Of a stretch of DNA of 64,000 nucleotides, positions 51,508-63,488 are shown piece after piece. Below the pieces are notes generated by a model. It had not been told where the DNA came from. It did no database searches and saw nothing but the letters and a program-made list of their open reading frames with translations. The position numbers and the translations under genes were made by a program. Within the stretch, counting starts at the first letter, position 1, and each line of letters opens with the position of its first letter. The stretch is taken from the NCBI GenBank assembly GCA_965644295.1, contig CBFFRP010000235.1, positions 62,001-126,000 of the forward strand, written 5' to 3'. Source of the stretch: Paraphysomonas bandaiensis. Taxonomy: Eukaryota > Protista > Chrysophyceae.

Positions 51508-52603
51508 ATGATAACACACCTCTCCATATTCATCCCTCTATCCCTTGCAGTAGTAATTACCATATATGCAGGTATCTATTACCTCTCTAAGCGCACTCTA
51601 TTGGCACTCTATACAGAGAAGTATACCTCACTATCAGCCTCTGATAAACACGCTACACTGCATGAAATTGCCTCTACTTTTGCTGTCATTGCAATATTCA
51701 GTGCATGTACAATAGGTGTATTTTCCTTATACAATGGAGTTGAAACGTATGCTCTCATTAGCTCTTAAACGTCCCACTAATTGCGGTATATGCATGACAG
51801 GAGGTGGACTGCACAGAATATGGCATCTTATTGGGGGATTATACTAACATTAGGTAATAGAATCATTATTATGGTATACTTCCTTATTTTTTTTGTGTGG
51901 AGGTTATACATCTTATGAGGAAATTTTATATCTTATAAATGGCAAAGAGAAAATATATCATTTTCATCATGCTCTTGCAGCGTTGATATCAATATACGCA
52001 CTGGTATATCCACGATTACACTTTTTCATATGTTGGGGTGGTACAGTGGAGATTACAGGAATATTTGTTAATGCGTTCTTTCTTTCTCGGCGCTTCAAGC
52101 TTTCGTCATTCTGGACTAATATTTTTGGTTTCTTGATGTGGCTCTCATTTCTCACCATTCGTTTCATTTCAATGTCGCTGCTAGTCGTTGTTGTAGTAGA
52201 CGATGCTCTCTCTACCTCTATTCTTAGTAGAATATCTCTTCCGTATATAGTTCTCGTCGTGGTGTCATTTTTATGTCTGTTTGCCCTGTCGGTATTTTGG
52301 CTGTACAAAATGACTCTGGGCCTACTCAAATTATTATCGTCGAAAGTGGTCCCTGTAGTACATGATGGAGCGAGCCGTAATGATAATGGACAGCAAGCTG
52401 TTGAGCACGTAGAGGTCAAGAAACCTACAGATATAGAAAATGGGGAACAGAAAACTGTGCTGAGTGACCCTGAGCCACGGAGGCCCAGCGAGGGGATGTT
52501 ATATGAAGAAATTCCTGAGATTGTATCTGTTGATTCTGGGTGTGGTTTGGATATGCCAACTGTTATAAGTTTCTATGCCCATCTCTTTCGACGCAAAAAG
52601 TAG
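51508..52603 (+). CDS. TLC (TRAM/LAG1/CLN8) domain membrane protein (3 exons)
   Basis: Hydrophobic helices; GYTSYE, YHFHHALA, VEITGIFVN, WLSFLTIRF, LSVFWLYKMTLGL fit the TLC pattern. Confidence 0.8.
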
Positions 52604-53116
52604 TGTATATGACATATGACTGCATAGTATACAGTCAGAGTAATGTATTGTGTATTGTAGTGTATTATAGTATTATAGACATAGACGTGATAGTGTAATT
52701 CTTCTTGTAGTATGTATTATACTATTTTATTCTTTACAATAGCTGACGATAACCTTCATAATTAGAATGTGTAATAAAGATGTTATTTGCATTCCCTTAT
52801 TAATCTAGTGAAGACATAAACTTATACACTACGACCACCAACGAAGAGATATCCAGCAGTAATTATTAACCTAGCATGCAATTGTTGGTATCGCCTCACT
52901 TAACTACATTCTCATTCCTAAGAAGCCGAGTTCTTAACGAAACGTCAGCGGTAACATGTTTATATACTCTTATCAAGTCAAAGTTAATATGGCTTAAAAT
53001 TTGTCTACCAAAATTTTAAAGGCGAGTCGCTACTAAAATGGGTCATTAATATTGTCATTATTATAACATAACACTAGTGTTGCCGAAATATTAACACACT
53101 ACAAGGAATAAGCTGA

Positions 53117-53801
53117 TTAACCAAGAATAGTCTGGTATTCACATCTGGTGCCATAGTATCCGTGGAAGCAAGTGCAGGTACCATCAGTGTAATCGCAGAG
53201 ACCACGGCCAGAGCAGTCGCGACCAGCCTCGTTTCCATATCCCTTGAGTACATCAGCACCTGATGGGCATTCCACTGCACACAACAATATTAGATCATTC
53301 ATCCACATAACACTACGACGAATACTACTCACCAAGTGAACAGTCAGGACCACGACGACCAAGATCGCATATGCATCCAACATGCTTCTCCGCATCCCAA
53401 GGAGTGGTGTAAAGTCTCCCAGCCTCAGCAGCTAGCTGAAGTTGAGTAAAGCAAACACCAGCATCACTGCATGAGTTGGGGCAGACAGTTCTCTCACAGG
53501 CAATGCCCTCATAGTTCTCGAAACAAGCACACTCACCAGTGGAGCGATCGCAAATACCCTTATTAGAGCACTCAACAACAGGGTGGGCATCATTAGCTCC
53601 CTCAACAGTGCCAATCCAAGCAGTAGACTTGGGGCATGTACGGCCGGAACAATCGGCAAAGGTCCATGCAGGTTCACCATCTATTCTGGCGTAACACGTG
53701 CATTTATCATTAGTTCCACAAGAACCATGTCCACTGCACCCATTGGGGCAGTACGCTACAACAGCAGTTGCAATAGCAGCAAAAAGAAGCTGACGGATCA
53801 T
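53117..53801 (-). CDS. Secreted EGF/tenascin-repeat protein, Sig3/mastigoneme-like, copy 1 (2 exons)
   Basis: Signal peptide, then [55 protein letters not shown]|[22 protein letters not shown]. Confidence 0.85.
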
Positions 53802-54284
53802 TTTAAATGATTGTTATATAGCTGTGTGTGGATATATAATGGTCTTGAGGGCAGTTATTTGTATGTTGGCAACTTATTGCAAGACAGACAGTTACATAAA
53901 ACGTAATTGTGGATGCGTATCCTGAATGGGTTTCAGTTTATTGTTTTATGATAAGTACGACTTTTTTAGCTTCCTTTCGTTTTTTATATTTCCATATCCA
54001 AAAGTTCGATGTTTTATACTCATGGGTATAATTTTATAATAAAAATATCGAAATATATATAAATTTCCTGATATTTTCATAAAATTGTAATTTTTATTCC
54101 ATAGTTTTCACAACGTATATCCGTATCTTCAGGAGTCAAAATGCCGTTTCATATGAAAGTTACGGCAATCAGCAGCAGTATACATACATATATATATATA
54201 TGCACTGCATTAGCATCAGTTTAATACCTCCAAACTGCAAACATATTACTAAAACACATAATATTAATCGATTAAACTTTAACA

Positions 54285-54972
54285 ATGCAGCTTAAAGTGA
54301 TCGCTATTCTTTCCATTGCAACGGCTATTACTGCCTATTGCCCCAATGGGTGCAGTGGACATGGTTCATGTGGAACTAATGATAAATGCACGTGTTACGC
54401 CAGAATAGATGGTGAACCTGCATGGACTTTTGCCGATTGTTCCGGCCGTACATGCCCCAAGTCTACTGCTTGGATTGGCACTGTTGAGGGAGCTAATGAT
54501 GCCCACCCTGTTGTTGAGTGCTCTAATAAGGGTATTTGCGATCGCTCCACTGGTGAGTGTGCTTGTTTTGAGAACTATGAGGGCATTGCCTGTGAGAGAA
54601 CTGTCTGCCCCAACTCATGCAGTGATGCTGGTGTTTGCTTTACTCAACTTCAGCTAGCTGCTGAGGCTGGGAGACTTTACACCACTCCTTGGGATGCGGA
54701 GAAGCATGTTGGATGCATATGCGATCTTGGTCGTCGTGGTCCTGATTGTTCACTTGGTGAGTAGTATTCGTCGTAGTGTTATGTGGATGAATGATCTAAT
54801 ATTGTTGTGTGCAGTGGAATGCCCATCAGGTGCTGATGTACTCAAGGGATATGGAAACGAGGCTGGTCGCGACTGCTCTGGCCGTGGTCTCTGCGATTAC
54901 ACTGATGGTACCTGCACTTGCTTCCACGGATACTATGGCACCAGATGTGAATACCAGACTATTCTTGGTTAA
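54285..54972 (+). CDS. Secreted EGF/tenascin-repeat protein, Sig3/mastigoneme-like, copy 2 (2 exons)
   Basis: Same mature protein as copy 1 with a different signal peptide; intron 54757-54814. Confidence 0.85.
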
Positions 54973-55271
54973 TCTCTTACATCTTCTATCTCTACCTCCT
55001 TCTTTCCGTGTGAGACATATGTTGGTGTTCCCGATTGTCCTGTTTCTAATTTTATTGTTAGCGATGATAACACTATGACAACCACTAATATAAAAAGTCA
55101 TACTCATTTACAACATTTCATTTGGATATTTATATGGATGCGCTTATTGATGTTCCTGTATTTTACTTTTCGCTTCTAACGCAATTTGATCACATCGTAC
55201 TCAATTGTAGTCAAGGAATCTTTCTAAAAAATTATTCTTCAATCGCTCTAGGTGTTTAGATTTTAGATTAA

Positions 55272-55349
55272 TGCATTTTGTTCAACAAAGCAAAGCTAAC
55301 GCTTAAGTGTAGGGCAAAGTAAACTTCAGTGAATTGTCCGATTCTAACA
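55272..55349. mobile_element. Diverged fragment of the solo-LTR family
   Basis: GCAAAGT.AACTTCAGTGAA.TGTCC.ATTCTAACA matches 42150-42227. Confidence 0.65.
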
Positions 55350-55994
55350 CTCTCTGTCATCTTCCATTCCTCTATCGTTCCATAAAACGCCCTCTGGGCT
55401 TAAAGGTATATTAAATATAAATTAATAAAACACGTTTAGAGAAATAGCGGAATAGAACGTAACATAACTTATAAGCTCTGTTAACCACGGGCGTTATTAT
55501 GAAGCGATGACGGCATCGAAGATTAAAGAACAAGAAAAATGTAAATATAGTTTTTCATCATTATTGTGTGTGTCATCTACCTATCGCACATAGAACACTA
55601 AAGCAACCGAGAAAAATACTACCGGAGATATAAGATATAGTATTGAACCTAGCTACAAACTACAATGGTTGAAATAGCCTGTCACTATAATTTATGCAAC
55701 GCACATTGTAAAAATAAAAAACTACTTCGCGCTAGTCAACCTTTAGATATAGTCATATTCAAAATTTTCTACGCTTTAAACTACCATGAGATGATGAATT
55801 TCATCAAACTTGTTTGCAAGAAGCTCCTAAAATATCACCTACTTGCAAAGTTGAGGATATGTGATGAAGTGAAGTTACCCTGTTTGGGTGCATTTTGTTT
55901 TTGGCGAGTTGAATACAAGTAGCGGTTAGTTAACTTTGTGGTTTTTAATACGTCAGTCATTGATTTTTACTTGATAAAGTATATACACACAGAA

Positions 55995-56419
55995 AGAGAG
56001 CGGGGGGGGCGAGGTTATAATGCCATTCTGTATATCGGATATATCAGTTTGTACGGTTGCGATATCATCAGTATTAATCAATATATCAGCCGTGTTGTTA
56101 CTTACGTCAGTATATAGAACTGTTATATCGCTCTCTATGTCTGGAATATCGTTATCGTTATTCGTTATCTGTGTCTGAATATTGCCACTTACATTATTCA
56201 GATAACTTAATTCTATGTCTGTTATCTGCACGCCGTCAGTGTGCAGATATGCTCCTGTGTTCACAATAATATCTGTATCTACGGTTATGTTGTTGGCCTC
56301 TATGTTCTGTCAGTATATGTTGTTGGCGTTCAGGTTGTCTGCTGAGAGCTCGCCTGTATACAGCTCATCTAAATCAAGGCTCTTCAATTCGTTTATAGTG
56401 TGGTATTTATTTGGTTCAT
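55995..56419 (-). pseudogene. Decayed virus-like fibre/structural gene fragment
   Basis: Intronless. INELKSLDLDEL..NANNIY*QNIEANNI...ITDIELSYLNNVSGNIQTQI then N/D/I heptads; frameshift near the ATG, in-frame TGA, truncated end. Confidence 0.55.
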
Positions 56420-56511
56420 TTTATATTATTATGGTACATATTTTTTTACATGTGAAGTGTGTTATACTGTGTATTATAATAAACACTTTTATATTGCTGT
56501 TGCCTTAAAAT

Positions 56512-56778
56512 ATGTCTGCACGTAAAATGATAACCTCCAAGCATACCAAGCCTGCCTCGCCTGATCCTGATGAATCGGATACTGTCATGTCTGATGACAG
56601 CAAAGATTCCGACTACAAAAACTCTGATGACTCACTTCTTCGTGATGTGCTGCTTGAAGTGCAGCAATTGCGTATACAGGTAAGCGGGGTACAAAACGAA
56701 GTGTCGTATTGGAGGGATGCGTATGATGTGGTCGGTGGGGATGAGAAGAAAGAGGACGTCAACGTCTCGTCTATATAG
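56512..56778 (+). CDS. Small intronless acidic/coiled-coil ORF, possibly from the same foreign segment
   Basis: 88-aa ORF diverging from the fibre-like remnant across a ~90-bp AT-rich spacer. Confidence 0.35.
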   Translation: MSARKMITSKHTKPASPDPDESDTVMSDDSKDSDYKNSDDSLLRDVLLEVQQLRIQVSGVQNEVSYWRDAYDVVGGDEKKEDVNVSSI

Positions 56779-57072
56779 TGCTCTAAAGTGGCTTCACTCT
56801 AGTAAAATACATAATGAACAAAGCTTATCCGGATGAAAACAATATGTTGAACTGTAATATATATCTTAATGTATTACTAGAGGTACGTAAACGCATGATC
56901 TATACTTCAAATTATAGTAATCCAGCACTACGTTACATATCAAAAATGAATTGCCATATGCGCACAACATGGATGATGAGTGGAATATGACTATAATCTC
57001 TACTATAATAATCGTATCATAATAATACAATCAATACATGGGACATTTGTTTAAACACTCTAACGGGCTACA

Positions 57073-58511
57073 TTATAAAAGCCCATATAGATTCCATAGT
57101 GATAATCGTCCCGTTACTGCAGTGTCGTTAGGCATCTTTCTAGGCAGATGACGTGATCCCCGCATGTGATATCGGGGTGAGTTGGATGTTATCGAATATT
57201 CTAACAGCTCTAAAACATCGGTGTTGTCCCATTTTTCAGCTAGCGACACGGCCGACGTACCACCATTGTTGGTTAATAAGGGGTCTGCTTTCGCATCTAG
57301 AAGTAAGGACACTACAGCAATATTACGTCTTATTGAAGCAAACATCAGTGGGGTCCACCCATCCAAGTCACTCAAATTAGAATCGGCACCATGGTTGAGT
57401 AGATATGACACCACTGTGTCATCAGATTGCTTACATGCCACAATTAACGGGGTATAATTGGATCGGTGTTTACATGACATATTAGGGTCGGCGCCGATTT
57501 CAATCAGAGCGACTATGTCGTCAAGATTTTGATCGGCAACTGCATTACAGACGGCAGCATTCAGCAGTCCTTGTGCCATACCAGGTTGATCGTGAGAAAT
57601 AGCGATATCACTCGCCGTATGACCTTCTTGATTACGGACATGAACTGAAGCACCGTAATCTAACAATTTCTGCACGCACTGAATACACTCCTGCGTAGTA
57701 GAAAACGTAAGAACTATCCTAATGGCACATTCAATAACAAAATACGTAAGCTACACACATTGCCATACTACGAAAGAGATATACAATTCCATCGAGAACT
57801 TACCGAATCGACAGCAAACATAAGGGGAGTCCAACCATTCTCATCACACTCATCCACGTTCGCACCATGTTCGAGAAACAATTCTACAGACTCAGGGCTA
57901 CCTATTGACGCCGCTAGCATTAGTGGAGAAATGTGACCCTTTAAACTGAGGTCATTCGCATCGTGACCAGCGGACAACACAGACTGCACGGCAATATAGT
58001 CCCCCGTATGAGCTGCTTGAAGTGAGAGTGATATAACTCCATGTTTGTTAATATGAAATTGTCCTTGTTCAGATGATCGAATCACAGATGAAATAAGATG
58101 ATATATATCAATATTTCCAGATTGTTCAGCTGCAAGTACAGCATTCATTGCATTACGTGTTACTACATGAGGATTGGCACTATGTTTTAATAATAATTGT
58201 ACCATATCCAAATGTCCTTCACGACATGCTATAATTAATGGTGTCCATCCATCATTACATGGTAAATTAATATCCGCCCCATATTGTATTAATTCATTTG
58301 CAAGATGTACATCGCCTGTATGTGCAACAAACTGTAATGGTGTCCATCCATATTGTGTTTCCACATCATTTGGATTATATCCAGTATGTAATAAATGATA
58401 TGCACGATGTTTATCACCTTCAAATAATGCGGATAAGATTTGATTACCAGATACATGTGTATATGTTAATATATGTATGTATAGGATGATATGTATGTAT
58501 ATATGATACAT
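57073..58511 (-). CDS. Ankyrin-repeat protein (2 exons), possibly secreted
   Basis: Repeated GWTPL..A...G....V..LL..GA motifs; intron 57691-57803. Confidence 0.9.
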
Positions 58512-59162
58512 ATCCCTATCTAAGTAAAGGAGGGATGATGGATGGATGGATGGATGTGTGTGTGTGTGTGATTAGATTGATATGATATGATGAAGTAGGA
58601 GATTCATTGATAGACTTATCTGTGTATGTTTCATATGATGTGATCTATGTATATATATATATGTATGTATGAATTGTAATGTATAGAAATTCACGTTAAA
58701 ATGCTCTTTTTACTAGAGTTTGAAGTCATATCAATGGTGCGTATGGATGTGTATGTATATGTATGTGTATGTATGTAGTGTAGAGTAGATGTGATCCGGG
58801 AAATAATGGGGTCGAAATTTTCAGTAGACGGTATCTATATATACGGATTACAATCCGTAGACGGATAGAAGATGTGCTCTGCTGTACTGTTTACGGATCT
58901 CTGTATACGGTAGTTCAGATACGGATAGTTCCCCGATTTACCTTCGGTATACGGATATCTAGATATTGCCACACGTAATTACGGATCTTACCGAGCTGCT
59001 ATGTGGAATGAAACTATCGTCTATCTTAAGAACAAGATTGACAATAATGTCAATAGAATTCATCAATGTGATATAAAGAAATAGCATGTAGTTATGAAAG
59101 ACTTGAGTCACATTGTCCACATACCATTCAAATCACTTAAACCATCAGAAATATAAAGTATG

Positions 59163-59490
59163 CGTATTGGCATCCTTTGTATATTTTTGTTCCAAAATGC
59201 CTCTATTATTGAGACAACAATTATCTGTATTCCACCCGTAGTTATACTACAGTAATATAAAGAATATTTGCTTCAATATATTACCGAAAAAATAAGATGC
59301 TGACTGCCGATACGTGAGTATACTGAAACATAACAATCGTATTGGCATGCTTTGTATATTTTTGTTCAGATATGCCTCTAATTTTGAGGCAACAATTATC
59401 TGTATTATAGCCGTATTTGTACTGCAGTAATATAGAATATATTTGCTTCAATTTATTTCCGAAAACTATAATGCTGACTGCCGATACGAT
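59163..59490. repeat. Tandem pair (~174-bp period) of dispersed repeat B
   Basis: CGTATTGGCAT.CTTTGTATATTTTTGTTC...ATGCTGACTGCCGATACG occurs twice. Confidence 0.85.
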
Positions 59491-60029
59491 GACAACAACC
59501 AGCATTGTAACACTACAACCATCATATTCATCATCACATCTTATAGTTGCTATTCCTTTAACATCAATTCTAGTCATCTCATTCTATTATAGATGCCATT
59601 GATTTCAAACTACACTGTAAAGTTTCAATCTTGAAATCTTTTCTTTCTATCAGCAAGCAAGATTTCTATTCTATGTATGTGTTTACTCTCATGAGAGTAC
59701 TCTACAATATAAACTAGTAGGTTTATAAGGAGTGTTCGTCCTTGTCAAATTTTAAAACTCGGGCTTTTTATCCTCGTTACAAAATTTTGAGCGGGACGAG
59801 GTAGCCTCCTTATTACACGTGGTTGAATATAGCGATATCCTTTCAGTTCTCATCATAATATCATACAGAAACCCTCAACAAAGCCGGACTTTCAACTTTT
59901 TTCTGGTGTTCTCAGGAATAAGCTCCGAATATATTACTCCGGGAAGCTAACGTGAGCTGCATATATAGTCAGAAGCTAACTTTCTGCCCTCTCATAGCCA
60001 AATGCTTGTGTGGTACAAGGGACACTAAT

Positions 60030-60345
60030 TTGTGTAACTTGTGCAGACATCTTTGGGCCTTGACGAATAAACAGGTATCCGGGAATGGGCCAACCTCAAG
60101 GGCATCCGGGATATTGGGCTGCCTTCTGAAGTTAAGCATCGGGAAATGGGCCCACCTTAAGGACTTAATATCAGAAAATGTCAGGTGTATCAACATTCTG
60201 CTTGCTCGCTGCATTTGATTTGAGAGATAGAGCGAGAGTGGTTGCACCTTGGCTTGGTGCTTCAATAGTAGCGTTCAATAGTAGGATATCAGAGTTAATC
60301 ACTGCCTCTTCAGAGCCATTGCTTATAATAAGACATTCACTACTC
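60030..60345. repeat. Dispersed repeat A, further copy
   Basis: Homologous to 38590-38885 in the same orientation. Confidence 0.8.
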
Positions 60346-60489
60346 ACACATAAAACAAACTGGTAAGCTATTCTGGATAAATAATTATTCTGGTTTGGTT
60401 ATCATTTATCATGTGATCTTAATGACTAGTACTAAATATGGTATTTACGCTAGTGTTTAATTGCTGAATAAAGAAAATACTCGGTTTCA

Positions 60490-60550
60490 ATAGCATTGTT
60501 GGACGCTATCTAGCAATAATATTGCAATATATCATTGTTTCCTATCCCTG
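60490..60550. mobile_element. Isolated hAT terminus
   Basis: ATTGCAATATA...TTTCCTATCCCTG matches the right end of 40722-41466. Confidence 0.7.
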
Positions 60551-60629
60551 GTATTAATTATGATTTGAAATACAGCGAAATCTTGCGAGAGTTTAGGACA
60601 TATATTACTATTGACTATTGATTATGGAT

Positions 60630-60982
60630 TGTTAGAATTGGACATTTCACTTAAGTTAACTTTGCTCTACACGTAAACCTTAACCTTGCTATGTTAAACA
60701 CAATGCACTTTCAAGTAAGAAATTATAATTATTATTCTGAACACTTCACTACATATTCGTGTAATATATGTTGAAACATCTGCTCTCAGCAACATCTGTT
60801 TATCATATGTTCATCAGTCAGTTCTATATCTTATATAGTCACACATCAGTAACTGAATTTGACTCCTTTGTACCTATAATCACCCGTTACACCTTTGAAT
60901 TGGCTTCACCTTTTGCACATTGCACACTATTAACTCACTTCAATTGCACAATATATATCACATCATATTGCAGAACTCAACA
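60630..60982. mobile_element. Solo LTR (353 bp), same family as 41902-42227
   Basis: TGTTAGAA...CTCAACA termini; flanks TGGAT/TTGAT (TSD with one mismatch). Confidence 0.8.
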
Positions 60983-61429
60983 TTGATCATGATATTGCTA
61001 AATTCTCGATAAGTTATTTAGAAACCGGCCATACATTCTACAATTTCAAACTGTACCATAGACCTGGCACTGACGCATTGTAAGCATGATTATTATATAT
61101 TATAACAACATAAAACATGTGTTACTTCTTACCTACAATTCTACCATCACTATAAAAGTTCTAGCTACTTAGTACAATAATCTTTCATATAAAATATTAT
61201 GGAAATGTGACTACACGCGGCTGCACCTTCACAGCACAGAACATTCTCTATTATATACTAGACATATTCTTCAGTGGAAGCATGCAACAAGTTGTGCAGC
61301 ATTTAGTGGTAGCATTTCAAACCACGTTGAAAGTACAGACTGGGTCCACCAAAGACTGCAACTTGAGGTATATATGCACACATTGACCGACCATTATAAT
61401 ATAGTGATTCGTTTTGCTTCCAACATGAG

Positions 61430-63488
61430 CTATGTTTTATTAGGTGTGGTTGGGGTTGGGGGTTTCTTCAGGGCATTGGTGAATGGCCACTTCCGCCGTC
61501 CACTGGATTTATTTTCTCCGGGCGGAGTTGACGCAAATAAACCTCCTGTCGGGGAGGCCGTTAAAGTATCGACAGGTCGGCGGACGTCGTCGTCTTTCGA
61601 TGCGATACCGCCTGCAGATGGACTTGTCGTGTCAGACAGTGCGGCATCCGTATTTGCATTGTTTTCAGGAGTAGTTGGAGTTGAAGGGATCGACAACTTA
61701 CCGCTACTCCATTTGCGAAGTCCTTTTAAACTCCCTTTCAGAGAAATTCCACTTCCTGTCTTCTCTTTCGGGGGTTTCGGAGCCGTTGTGGCGTCCTTAT
61801 CTCTACTTCCCCAGAACCAGGAAGAGGAAGACGGACTGGGTGTTGGAGTGGTAGTAGGAGTCCCAGCAGGGCTCGTATTGGTTATAACAGATATGTCCTT
61901 TTTATTGCGACCTTTTCTATCATTTTTCTTACTTCCTGTAGGGGTGGATACGGCAGCAGGACTGGGCTTTTGCGCACTCTTGGTGGCAGGCTCAAGAGAT
62001 GGGTTGCAAGTAGCGTCGGTCAATAGCGGTGGCGTGACCCGGCCCTCCTTATCACTACCATTCTTTTCAGATGGTGGTAGCATTCCCACTAACGTGCCCC
62101 GCGTGGGTTCGCTAACAGAAGTAGGAGTACTACTTTTTGATTTGTTTTCACTAGTTGTGTTGGCACCATTAGTAGGAGTGCCATTAGCTGATCTCTCCAC
62201 GAGTCTGTATTTTTGTGGCTGTTCATCAACTGCAGCAGAAGTTTTTTTGGATGCTTCTTCAGCACCTCCTTCTTCCTCCAAAACCCCAGCAAAAGTGAAT
62301 TTTGATTTGCTGCTTTCTTTGCCTGCTTGTTGCTTTCTGAATCGACTCTCCTGGTTTTCTGCGATGCGGATAATGCGAATAACTTGATCGCGTTGACTTT
62401 GTGTCTGGGGTGACCCGACAGCGACTGGGCATTGCCGCAAGTCATGAACTTTTTGACAATAGGCCATAGCTGCATGGGCGTCCATCTGTATGCAATAACA
62501 ATAGTGTTAGGTATCTACATAGAGATGTCGCGGTTGACAAGAAAATGGTAAAATACATGTCACTAGATACAACTATCGATAAGCAAATATATGCATCATT
62601 ATGTCCCCAAATATGGTGTACGCGTAATACTTACCCCATACATAAGATGAAGCATAATACATACAAGTGTCCCGGTACGCCCATGCCCGCCCCAGCAGTG
62701 CAAATACTGAACGTTACCCTTATTTATATCTTCCACTAACTTCAATGCAAGGTCGAAAACACCATTATCGTCAGTCACACTACAGTCCTTGATAGGAAAA
62801 TGCACAAAATCTAAATCGTTGGCATCGCAGACGTTGCTATCTTGAGATAATATTTTAAACATGTGCTTGTTTTTTACGAGCAGTTTCACATCTTCAAAGT
62901 ACGGTCTTAGGGCTTGTCCACGTCTCCACATGGCTTCTGTCACACCTTCTGTTTTGTACTAAAATAAATATATTAGTTTAACTAATTGTAGTAAACTGAA
63001 GTGATTTACCTCTAACTGTAGGCATATAAACTGGTTGACTCCTAGACGAAGAATGGATGTGAGTAACTCAAAGGTCTCCGCATCATCCTGAGAGGCAGGA
63101 TATGCACCAACTAGAAGCTTCCCAGGAATAACCCAATTGGATTCTGGAGTAGGACCACAATACTATATACATATATATTATATTCCTTATCTTATATACA
63201 TGTCTATGTATGTATATATGTATATATATAGAGAGAGTGGTATGTACGTACCTTTTCATATGTTATGCCTGTGCCTGTATCTAACTCTTGAAAATTACAA
63301 CTGATATAATCAATACGTTCAACAGGTCGATCAATATCAGCAAGTGGACTTGGACGTGGGGTAGGAATACCACGTGGTGTTGGTTGAAATGGTGCTGCAA
63401 TATCACGTTTAGGTGGTCCTTTTTTTATAGGTATATTACGACTAATTGAGTCATCATTCTCAGTGTTTTCTTTACCATTTGAATGCAT
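61430..63488 (-). CDS. Cys-based (CX5R) protein tyrosine/dual-specificity phosphatase with long S/T/P-rich tail (4 exons)
   Basis: GPTPESNWVIPGKLLVGAYP, HFPIKDC, YLHCWGGHGRTG, SPQTQSQRDQV. Confidence 0.9.

Noticed and set aside
61374-62387. 337-aa plus-strand ORF
   Set aside because: Antisense shadow of the S/T/P-rich phosphatase exon. The same applies to most short overlapping ORFs in the track.
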